In this document: positions 53,492-64,000 of the stretch, one piece after another
Numbering within the stretch: position 1 is the first letter of the stretch
Layout: each line of letters opens with the position of its first letter
Assembly: GCF_002105155.1 (NCBI RefSeq)
Contig: NW_019028998.1
Location: forward strand, 124,001 to 188,000
DNA length: 64,000 nt
DNA from: Lobosporangium transversale
Taxonomy: Eukaryota
Direction: 5' to 3'
Program-made: the position numbers and the translations under genes
The notes under the pieces: generated by a model
What the model was told of the DNA's origin: nothing
What the model saw: the letters and a program-made list of their open reading frames with translations, nothing else
Databases searched by the model: none

Positions 53492-54125
53492 GGCTCGGTG
53501 CCATCCTGTCTGCAAAGCGGCAAGCCACCAATCACCGTTCCATAAATGGAAGGCGGGCTCTCTACTTTGCAGACAGGCTGGTCTCATACAGTGGAATCTC
53601 GATAATTGTACACTTTTGTACAAATTTCAAATTTGATATATTTCTAGGCCATTGGTTGGCTAAGAGCCTTACTCTTTTAAAAAAAAGTATTCAAAAAAAC
53701 CCACACTCAACTGGAGTAGAGGAATCAGCAGAGGATTTTTAGAATAGTTTTTCATGAATTGTGGGCTTCTTAGCCAATCAATAACCGAGAAATATAGCAA
53801 ATTCGAAAATTGTACAAAAGTGTACAATTATCGAGATTCCACTGTATCGAAATTTTTTGAGGGAGCGCTCAAAAAGGAAAGGTTATATTTTTAAAATAGT
53901 AAACTCAATTCAATCGAAGAACTTCAAGAACAAAGCTTCATGTTCAAGCGCGCGGATTGAATTGGTTTGCTATTCTAATTGAGAAAATATAACCTTTCCT
54001 TTTTGAGCGCTCCCTCAAAAAATTTCGATATGAGACCAGCCTGTCTGCAAAGTAGAGAGCCCGCCTTCCATTTATGGAACGGTGATTGGTGGCTTGCCGC
54101 TTTGCAGACAGGATGGCACCGAGCC
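53492..54125. mobile_element. Non-autonomous TIR element (MITE/foldback) with ~150-bp terminal inverted repeats, flanked by TA
   Basis: GGCTCGGTGCCATCCTGTCTGCAAAG...GTCTCATA (53492-53588) is the exact reverse complement of 54029-54125. The TIR continues at 53847-53899 versus 53970-54028 after the nested insert. TA at 53490-91 and 54126-27. Confidence 0.92.
53589..53844. mobile_element. 256-bp Tc1/mariner (pogo-like) MITE nested in the left TIR of the larger element
   Basis: Perfect TIR CAGTGGAATCTCGATAATTGTACACTTTTGTACAA, with imperfect extension to ~80 bp. TA duplicated at 53587-88 and 53845-46. CAGT termini. Confidence 0.93.
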
Positions 54126-54187
54126 TAGGGGGAGGGGGGAGTTTTGGCTTGATCAACCGTTAACCTTCACCCGTCTACAACACATAG

Positions 54188-54770
54188 CAAGCTGACACGA
54201 GGCATGACTCAGTAACGCAAGCCTTTCAATAGATATAAGGCTGTTGACCATCCTATCCCGTGGGACACTGAAGAGGAGTCCCAACAAAGTTCTCGCAGAT
54301 ACCGACCTCGACATGTCATTAAGTATCGTATTCGTAAAACCGAACATCTAGCTCCTGATGCCATGGAGCAGTACGCATAGAAGGGATACAAGGCTCCATC
54401 AGAGGAACTAGCGTTCCAACCTGGGAAGAAGGCGAAGAAGAAGAGGAGAGACAGAGGAACAAGGGCACAGACGAGATGGGTAGAGGAGATCTAACCCGTA
54501 CAATGCGGCGGGAGCACCCTATTGTAGCCCTCAATGTTGAGACCGTCGCTGCGAACGTTAAGGAAGCCTTGGAAGATGTTAAGTTAGCATTTGAGGTGAA
54601 AAGATGCCCTGAGGAAGCTGCCCTTCTCGTTGCGAACGCCTAACGAACTTGCCAGAAAATCCTAGGTCGGTTTCTGGAGCAATTATTTTCTTATGCCATT
54701 GGTAATGATGGCAAAGAGAAAGAGATCCTCAACTTGTATTTGCAAGCGCATAACAATGAGCGAAATGGGC
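54188..54770 (+). pseudogene. Decayed coding fragment, probably from a multicopy Mortierellaceae transposon-associated (Fanzor-like) protein family
   Basis: After an intron-like acceptor (TTAAC...CATAG) it reads KPFNRYKAVDHP...RYRPRHVIKYRIRKTEHLAPDAMEQYA*KGYK, then a frameshift near 54445, then EMGRGDLTRTMRREHPIVALNVETVAANVKEAL...NA*RTCQKILGRFLEQL. The family assignment is from recollection only. Confidence 0.5.
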
Positions 54771-55763
54771 CAAGAAGGGGAGGAGATTAAATAGCTTTCA
54801 CTCCAAGCAATATAAACAAGTATTAACATCCCTCCTATCTCCTTCATTGGTACCGGAGCCTAAGAGCCAACGAATGCCTTTGCTTTAATGCAAATGTACT
54901 GGAGCTGCTGAAGCAAGAAAGCGACATCTGAACCCATTTCCTGATAAACAATTTGCTGTTGACAAGGCTTTAATCACCTTCTGTTTCAAAACCAGTTCTT
55001 ACGCACCGAGTCATTTGTCCATGTAATCAGTGCTTTTTCTTTCAACGAGGCGAAGCATCAAATTTTTTACCAAGGCAGCTCGTCTTTATTCAGTTTTTTT
55101 TTTGTTCGGATTGTGGTTTTGTCCAAGATAACAGCAAAGATCGACAGAAAAATACAAGTTCTCGATATTTGTTACACAGACCATATCAGTTTCCTCTTTG
55201 GCTCTTTGGATTGTGGTTAACCCAAGTTGACAGAGCTCAACTGACAACGACATATTAAAAACGATCGCATTGAGACGCGAAGGTGTCACTCGAAAAAATC
55301 ATTCAGTACTGTCATCATAATAGTTTTCTCCCATTTCGTTGCTTTATCACCGTTAATATTTGTATGCACAACACACTTAGTTTCGGTCTTTTATTTCAAC
55401 TGGCAATACACACGCCGACAAATTTGCCCTTTTTACGGTTGAAGATATACACTTACGATTAATGGGATAAGCCTGCAGATCAACAGCATTAACAACAGTA
55501 GCAGCAGTGGCAACATCCGCAATTTCACATTTTATTCCTCTAGGTTCAAAACTTTTACGGTAATAACAACAATGGTAACTGCGAGCAACAGCCAAATTTA
55601 TCTCTTTTCTATCCACTTCACCCTGTGATATCACACGCAATAACATGACCGGAATAACGGATTCAGTGTGTTTTCTTTCTTTTATTGTACTTGAGTTCCT
55701 ATCGAAAAACTCAAGTTTGAGATGTGATGTGTGTGTATGTTTTTTTTTTTTTTTTTTTTTTTT

Positions 55764-56682
55764 TTAAAGCGTCAAAATATGTCGATTGGGTGCCAAACAA
55801 TGCTCCTCCAGTCCAGGAATATGTACCACAGTGATTCCATTTTCTATCATCTTTTCTACACCACAAGGATCTTTCACAAAAGAACGTGGTTCACGAACTC
55901 CGACATAGACTCGACGGATCCCTGCTTCAATTAATCGTTCGGAGCATGGCTTGTTGCCAGATAATCGTGCGCCGCACGGCTCCATTGTGGTATACATGAT
56001 CCATTCTTTCTTGAGTTGAGGATGTGGATGACGTAACTTATATTGCTTGTCCATCTCTGGTGATAGTGATGGTAGTGGGGGCGATGATGACGACGCGAAT
56101 TTGGATCCTGATGGTGGTATTGGTGATGACGCTGGTGATGCCCCTACTCCAACATCTGATTCCAATTCTCTCTCTTTCTCTTGTTCTGCAGCCTCCAAAG
56201 CCTCCAGTTTCAAAAGACAGCATTCCTCTGCATGCGTATTGCCTTCCAGCTCTCTTGAAAATCCTGTGGCCACAACGCGAAATCGGTCCTCCTGTGGGAA
56301 GTCCGAGTTGGGGTCAGGGTAGGTCTCTTGGACAAGCACAGCTCCTACACAAAATCCAGACTGGACAGGTATTGACATCTTGGCCTGCTCGATAGCCAGT
56401 TTCATAAAGTGAAAGTGCATAGTAGCATCTAGTGACCCAAATAAAAAAAAAATAAAAAAATAAAAAAAACCCCCCATTCAGCATTCATCCCATTTCCCAT
56501 CGTCACGGAGAAAGAATGAAGGAATACAAACGTCAATATGAATGTTTTCAATGCGATTCTTTTTTTTTTTTTGTTTTTTTTTTTTGTTTTTTATCCCTGT
56601 CGTTATCGTTCGTATCATTGATCAATGACACTGTACCTTTATCGTCTTTTGAAAGGACTTGCATGTCTAGCGCTGTAGCCAT
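55764..56682 (-). CDS. Zn-dependent cytidine-deaminase-fold enzyme, stand-alone Rib2/RibD-type (DRAP) deaminase
   Basis: Exons 56682-56637 and 56428-55764, phase 1 consistent. FMKLAIEQA, FCVGAVLV, TGFSRELEGNTHAEECCL, YTTMEPCGARLSGNKPC and VYVGVREP motifs. Confidence 0.88.
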
Positions 56683-56838
56683 AGTGTAAAGATTCGTATG
56701 TGGATAAATTAAGCAAGTAAGTAAGTGTGAGTGAGCAAGTATAAGAATAGACAAAGAGAAAGAATAAAAATAAAAATTCTGGTATTTATTTGGATGTCTG
56801 CAAAGTTTCAGATGGACAATGTGCGCTATTTTTCTCTA

Positions 56839-59800
56839 TCATGCTGCTCCTACAGATCCAACGATCACATCCGCCTTTTGCAACGCCTCAATCATCTTCT
56901 TGCATTCCCTGCGTCGGTTCTGGGTAAATTCACTCTCCTTAAGCAGCTCGTCTAGGACCTCTGTCTTGTACAGCTCTTGCAATAACTCACGTTGCAGTTC
57001 ATCTTTGGCTGTATTCACCAGGTTCAACATAATTGCCTTGGGCACTGTATCAACGATGGTGCGCTTTACAATGTTGAAGTAAGACGAAATAAGCAATTCT
57101 AAACAGATTGAGACAAACAAAATCAATATCGCCTCGGTCATTTCTCTATTCAGCAGTTCGCTTATCCTTTTCTAGCTGTCAAGTGATCATCACAAACAAC
57201 ATACTGATCACTTCGGTTTCAATTTGTTCTCGCTCTGACAAATTCCCTGATGCCTTGAGGATAGCTGGTGGCTATTACAAAATACAAATAGATAGGCCAG
57301 GACCAAGCAATGAGTTGAATATCAAACTTGCAAAAGTTATTAATAAAGTAAATAAAAAAGGACATGGGGACGTTCTTACTGGTTCCATAACACCAGCTCT
57401 CTTCTTTTTGCCAGAGAAAAAGCTGCCAAAGAATCCATTATTGCTGGGCTCGGGCTCGAGACTTGGAGGTAAACTCGATGCAGCAGAGTTGCGCCCTTTG
57501 GTATCTGCATTTGGAGGATTTCTGGGTGGATTTACTCTCTCGTTAATCACAGCCATCGCCTTGTGTCCATTTAAAAAGTCGGGGTGGCCAGTATTGATAT
57601 AGCATCCCTCCATGCTAAAGTAACCCGGAAAACCAAAGATAGGATTAATTTAGAACATCTAGAAAGGCAGCGCGAATGATTTCATATTTTTTTTTCTTTT
57701 GTTTACTTGACAAGATCCGTGACAAGCTTGTTGGTTGGATTAAGTTGTCGGCGCAAGAAATTGATGACAACTTGATAGAAGCGATCTTTAAGTTCAGGAA
57801 ACCGCCTGAAGAGCTGGAATGGGTAACCCAAAAACTTTTTGTTAGCACATGCAATACTAAAATGACATTTGGACTCTTTCAAAGGAAATTTAGAACAAAC
57901 CTGTTTGGACAAAAGTTGTGTAAGAATGCGAACAAGTTCGTCAAAAACAATATTAACGCAACGCAAACTAGGATCTTCCAGGCGCTTGATCTGCTGTTTG
58001 ATGATGACCTCGAAGGCTGTCGTGCCTACGAACAAAGCAGGCGAGGAGCCCTGGATTGAGGTTTACGATGCAAGAATTAGAGATAAGACTTTATAATGAA
58101 CCGGTGGCTAGAGTATATTTATCGACTTACAGAAGAATTGTAGAGAATAGTGCGAATATCGACATCCTTGACTTGGTCAAAAGGGTCCAGTGATTTGACT
58201 CCATTGGCAAAAAGTTCGTGGAACACAAAGCTGATGCGAGCACCCCCGGATAACTCGACCGACGTAAGGTCGGTAGAATTTCCGTCTATGATTGTCCGGA
58301 ACTCATTACAGAAATCTGTGATGATATTCAGAACAATACTGGCCTGCCCTGCAGTGCCCTCGCCCAACATATCCCCTAAGCTTGCGAGTTCTGCTTGATA
58401 CTTGACCAGAGCGGCTTGAATCTTAGCCTTAATTTCTGGAAGCGTGTTGCGGATATGGTGCATCAAGATCTAATAACAAAACCAATCCACCGCCGTGTTA
58501 AGAGCTGGATGCTGAATCATTCAAAACAATGTCCTGATAGCTATCCATGCGATGCTGCTTTTTACCATATTCAGTTTTTTAGCCAAGTAAGGAGTGCCAC
58601 AGTATTGAGCTTTACTCTTATATGCAGCATGTCCCTCAAAGAAGGCGCGCTCCGCTTCCAACGATCGAGTAATCGATTTTTTGGTGTCAATGTCGCGTTG
58701 TCCGCGGTTTACAACAGGGACATAGCCTACAAGTTAAGTATAGAAAAAAAAAAATTAATCTAAAAAGTTCACAGCGAACGCTGAAAAGAGTAGATGCTTG
58801 AAAACTTACCAAGTCGAAGAGGGATGACACGACCGGCTAAGATATCGACTACATCAGTACCAGCATCCCTATAGATACAAGCTATCGTTAACCACGTCCT
58901 ATTTTCGGTACTATGGGCACTTCGGACAATATCTCTGCCCATTCACCCAACATAAACACTGCTAGTTAGAGCGTAACTTACATCAAGTCGATTTTGGTCA
59001 AGACTCCGATGGTCCTGGCTCCTTCAGGATCAACTTCTCTAGCCAACTTGAGACCATCCGAATTGGCAAGGTCCGTGTTGGCAGCCGTTACAGCCAAAAT
59101 AATAGCATTTGGCTTTGTGATATATTTGACGATCATATCTCGAATCTGCTTTTCAATATCTTTGGGCTGATCGCCAACCGCAAGCTGTATAAAAATTAAA
59201 TTTAGTGCCAATTCTCATATCAAAATGCAAGCGATGTTAATTTTATTAGTCATCTGCTTATGGTACCTTGGTCAATCCAGGCAAGTCAACGAGGGTGAGG
59301 GTCAAAACATTTGGTGAGTAAATACGGAGGTTGATAGGAAGTGGTGAAATACCTATATGTAAACCGACAAAAATGAAAAAGAAGTAGTCGATAAATCAAT
59401 CGGCTCATCAAGTTTTTATATCAATAAGAATTGGTCAATAGTTGCTATACGTTACCAGCATTCTTTCCAGTCTTTGCCTCAGTATCGCGCACAATTTCGT
59501 CTCGAATTAGATTGAAGTCCGTGTACTTCACATTAGGCTGGTGCAGGAACTCGCCCCACTCCTCAGGCTCTTTCTTTTCGTCTTTTTCGCCTAAAAAAGA
59601 GATGATCAATGGTAAGATTGCTTTTTCCTCACCTGCAGCGCGTCACCTGCAATGATGATGTCCAGCAATGGTCTGCCTTTTCTTCGCACATGGCAAACAC
59701 CCTCCTATCTAGTAATTACACAGTCCTTCTAGATAATTCCTTTGCATCACTAGATGGTCGAACTATACACGCCACACGCATTGGAAAAAATCTTCCAAGT

Positions 59801-60288
59801 GAACCCACAACAAAAAAAAAGAACGCAGCCAGGCACAAACGTATTCCCCATTCAGCTCTGAATTGTAAACTTGCCTTCGTCTTTACCATTTTCGGTCGTG
59901 GTTGTTGTGGGGAGAGGACGATTGATTAGTTGCAAGATCTAAATTTGAATGTTTTGAGGCAATGTCCACAAGTTAGCATGCATGCATTTTTTTTTTTCTT
60001 CTTCTTCTTATATTACTATTATGCAGGCAGGTGTGTGACAATTCAATGAGAGAGGGGCTTTTTCTTATCCTTGAGAGTTACAGCTTCACATACCAATGGT
60101 CGACGAGTAACAATCCCTGCACCACGAGGTAAAAAATCGCGTCCGACAATGTTTTCGAGGACAGAGCTTTTTCCTGAAGACTGTGATCCAACGACGACTA
60201 TCTGGGGAAGGTCAACAGGGTTATGAACACCAACGGTAGAGAAGGCGTCCTGTAATTTATTTATTGTCTTGATAAGTGAGGCATCCAT
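56839..60288 (-). CDS. VPS1: Dynamin-related GTPase Vps1
   Basis: [82 protein letters not shown] (Vps1-type insert) and [21 protein letters not shown]. About 11 exons. Confidence 0.93.
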
Positions 60289-60928
60289 GACGACTAAAGC
60301 CCGAGTGCTGATTTTTAATTATTATTACTACTATTATTTTGATAGGTGATGTATGGAAGTGTATGAAGGTGAATATGTGGTCTGCCTGTTTGTGGGAGTA
60401 AAGGAATGAGAAAAAAAAAACCAGCAGTGGCAAGTGAATACCAAGACAACCAACTAAAAAGGCAAAAAAATCTGTGCAATTGTGCGGTGTCTATGCTCCG
60501 TCAAAAAAAGGGACCTGCAGCCATGTAAGGGCATATTGCAAGCCATCTGTGTCCAAACCATACGCTCCACCAGGGAACTCTGCATCATGTGACAGTTCAG
60601 AGTGTACAGCCTTGGTCTCGGACAATTTCCATTCTCCCATTCTTTTCATTCATAATTCATTAACCCACAATCCTACATTAGTCCTCCAGTTTTGCTTTAT
60701 TCTACTCAAGCATAAAAAACACGCTTGAACTAAATCTCCCTCCATTGTTCTCCTCTTTTCTTTTTTTTATTGTCGAAGTCTTACTCTCAGCTGCGCCTCG
60801 CAATAGACTACAGGACTAGAGACTTCAGACTTGCGTGGGTAGGGCTCCGGCTCTTACCATTATCTCCATCATATTCCTTTTTCTCCATCGTAACTCCCTT
60901 ATTTTCTTATCTACAGCCTCCTCTGCAA

Positions 60929-63320
60929 ATGACCTTTATCTTAGACTCAGATCCAGATGATGTTGCAAGCACTTGCGAACCCAACACCAAGCACACTGTT
61001 GTAACAACAATAAAGATACCAGCCGCTGTAACGGCACAACCACATCGCTTGAACAAACGAAAATCCGAGTCTATTGCCGACACAGAGATCTCCACCACCA
61101 TTGATACCAAAGCCCGTTCCATCCCTACTTTCTTAACCTCTGGCTCCTCTGCTACACTCATTACTGTACAAAGGATTGAGACAAATTACGACACAAAACA
61201 TTCTGTAATGCCTTTCCCATTGAAGCAGCAATTAAGACGATCTCTCCAGAATAGTGATATTAGCTCTGAACAAGAGTTTGCTTACTTACCGCAACTTCAA
61301 GTTATGGAGAGCTATAGTAAGTGTTTTTCAGGAAACGCTACATGGAGAGTCTTGTGGTTTGTTGATTGTTGATCTGATGGTTATTTGTCGAAATAAAAAA
61401 TGAATAGACAATGCAACATCATCACCAATGATCTGCAATACGATGTCTGATAAAGATCTCATGGAGGTAGCAGCAGGACTGGATCCAGCAATTGTGGAAG
61501 AAGACGCAGTCGCCCACCGGATTCGTGAATTGTTTTCTGCTGAAGAGTCGCAGAAGCGTTACATTCAGAGCCCAGACATGCATCATGAGAACAAATTAAA
61601 ATTCTTGTCAGATCTGATGACAACAGAGACACAGGGTCAGAGATTAGGACCGAAGCAATGCCAAGCTCACGAACAGCGACTTGCGGTAGCTAGGGCAGAA
61701 AAAAAGGTGAATCGTCCTATTGTAACGAACCCGACATTAAGAAGTCAAGTACCGCAATGCCCTACGCTACCCAATGAAATTCTGATTCAAGTATTAGAAC
61801 AACTCATCGATGACCAGCCATCGCTTTTGAGCGCAGCTTTTGTGAGTGTTGATTGGAACCTTTGTGCGACCAATCTGTTGTATCGCTACCCGAGCTTCGC
61901 CAGCACTCTTCACTGGGCTTTCTTTATTCAAACTCTTTGCAGGAATAAAGACGCAAAGCGACCCAGAACGACCCGCCGTCGACGCTCCATCATCCGGTCC
62001 TTTTCTGCAGGGGAGGAATTTAGTTCCCACCCGCCTTTACAGCTGATAGCGCTACAGGCTGAGGTCAATGGGGGACAGCCTCAACAGACACAGAGTCGCC
62101 TCAATTACAACCTAGGGGATTTCGTGCGTGGGATTGATCTATCCAGAAAAATCGTTCAAGTGGATCAAGTTCAATGCAGCTGCAACAAGCCTGAACAGCC
62201 TGGCTTCACTGCTTCCAGTAGTGGCAGTTGTAGCGATAGTAGTCTCGGTAGCAGTGAGAGTAGTAGTGGCGGTAGTAGCAATAGTAACATCAACGGAAAT
62301 AGGAATAATAATATCAAGCGGTGCCCTGTGCATCCACAGCAGAAACAGAGTTTGGAAGGAAGAATAACAGGGGATCCCTTACAACCTACACATCCGATGG
62401 ATATCAATACAAGTCGGGTGGATCAGGGGACAAGTCTGTTTGTGGGAGATGGCTTGTCAGAGGGATCTGCTCAGACATGCACGCGTGATCGCTGGCTGTC
62501 TAATCCAGAAAATGCTTATAGTGTAGCATTATCTAATAGGCAACGGCACTCATCTGATAGCCTTGGGTCGTCGAATGCTTCCTATCCTGCATTTATGCCT
62601 TTAAATCGCCACACAAACTTGGCTACGAGCCAACGATGGTCGATCCTTTGGTCAATGGAACATCAGTATCGGCAACTGATGGCTCAGAACCCATACACAT
62701 CCTCCATTGGGTTTTCACCTCTCCTCACAGATATCTCAGCCAACAACTCTGTATCAAAAGGGGCACGTCGGCAGAACACGGTACAAATTCCTTTGATGAC
62801 CCAACAAAACGAAGGAGGACAAGGAAATTCTACGATTAGTTCAGGATCCAAATCTGAAGGGAAGAGTGAATCTGTTGAAGTCCGTTATAAGAAACCTATC
62901 ACTATTACCGCCTCATCGCTTATTCAAATGGCGAGGCATTGCCCCAACCTGGAATTTTTATGCCTGGGCTCAGCACTGATGCCAGACACGCTATATTTAG
63001 AAACTGGGGATTATCAGTCAACGCTTCAACCAGGTCCGCGCACTGGATTGACATATGTGAATGTGACCGCAATGGATGGCGCCAAGGCATTAGGCGAGTA
63101 CTGCCCCAAACTTAGCAAGCTACTTCTGGCTGGCTGTGAATGGGTGACACTGGATGAGGTTCGATATTTTGCAATGTTCTGTCGACAGTTGCAGACGCTT
63201 GATCTCCGACATTGTGGCAAACTGGATGGACGTTTGGGCCAGTTGTTTGTGGTGGAGAATAACCATGAAGCGAATGCTGATAGCAATGGTAATATAGTAC
63301 AACGTAAGGACAGCCCAGCC

Positions 63321-63353
<33 letters not shown>

Positions 63354-63918
63354 GCTTACAAATACTTTGTGAAGTGGATTAATTTTTTTTACCATTACAA
63401 TTGCAATGCCATTAGCTGAGTCAGGGTCGTTCAAGACAGCGCCTTCTGTAACGAGTAATACATTTTTAGGTGTACCATCAGTTTCATCCTCACCCTCTTC
63501 TGCTAATACACGACCTTCACTGCTGTCCTCCAGATCCATGCGATTGTCAGATGAAGCAATTGCACGAGTCTTGTCGTCACCCATTACTTTTCCGGATTTG
63601 GCGGCAGTAAAAGAATCGAATACTGTAACAGATTCTCCACCTGTTATGAACCTGCTGAGCATTAAGACGACCTCTGACAGTAACTCTTTTAGACGAGTTC
63701 AAGACGGGGCAATGTTTGATTTAGTCAATGCAGCGAGTCATGGACGGCTAGTGGTAGCTGCCCTAATGCCTCGTCCCCAGCCTGCAACACAACAGCCATT
63801 ACAGGCTGATCCTACGCTAGAGGCGCAGGAACAACAAGAAGGAGATGAGGATCGCGAATTTGTTGCAGCAATAGAGGGAGAATCACAGACAGAAGCTACA
63901 GAGATATTCCCCTGGTAG
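60929..63918 (+). CDS. F-box protein with RNI-like LRRs and long low-complexity inserts
   Basis: F-box PTLPNEILIQVLEQL...AAFVSVDWNLCATNLLYRYPSF. LRR-like segments MARHCPNLEFLCL, LGEYCPKLSKLLLAGCEWVT and CRQLQTLDLRHC. Three inferred exons; exact start and last junction uncertain. Confidence 0.75.
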
Positions 63919-64000
63919 ATATGTTTTTTTTTTTTTTTTTTTTTTTTTTTTCATGATTTTTATTTTATTTTTTTTTTTATTTTTCGAGACAAAAAGGTGA

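Noticed and set aside
54790..55660. Minus-strand ORFs (55377-55646, 55086-55289) as a gene or transposase relic
   Set aside because: No motif I can recognise and multiple stops. A TBLASTX search would be needed to say more.

Overview
Intron-rich eukaryotic DNA, most likely an early-diverging fungus. Gene content, ~80-250 nt GT-AG introns and pervasive poly(A)/poly(T) tracts suggest Mortierellaceae (inference). I find 14 protein-coding genes: CK2 beta (partial), an APC/CAT-type amino-acid permease, a tandem cNMP-binding + F-box + LRR protein, a tiny SMP/LEA-like protein, ITFG1/LINKIN, the Ssk2-type MAPKKK, a giant triple-START protein, METTL25-like, AVT2/SLC38-like, TIM50, DBP10, YRB1, a Rib2-type deaminase and VPS1. 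There is also an F-box/LRR gene at the right end and one tRNA-Gly(GCC). Two accessory islands stand out. (1) 36.7-39.3 kb: a stack of 5'-truncated copies of one RNase H-bearing non-LTR retrotransposon family, one nested in another with a 15-bp TSD, all lying just upstream of the tRNA gene. This suggests a tRNA-gene-targeted LINE. (2) 53.5-54.8 kb: a MITE nested in a MITE, next to a decayed fragment that I recall resembling Mortierellaceae Fanzor-like proteins. Several splice-level oddities were also seen: a start codon split by an intron, 7- and 9-nt microexons, and a candidate structured poison exon in YRB1. All exon boundaries were read by eye and have no transcript support.
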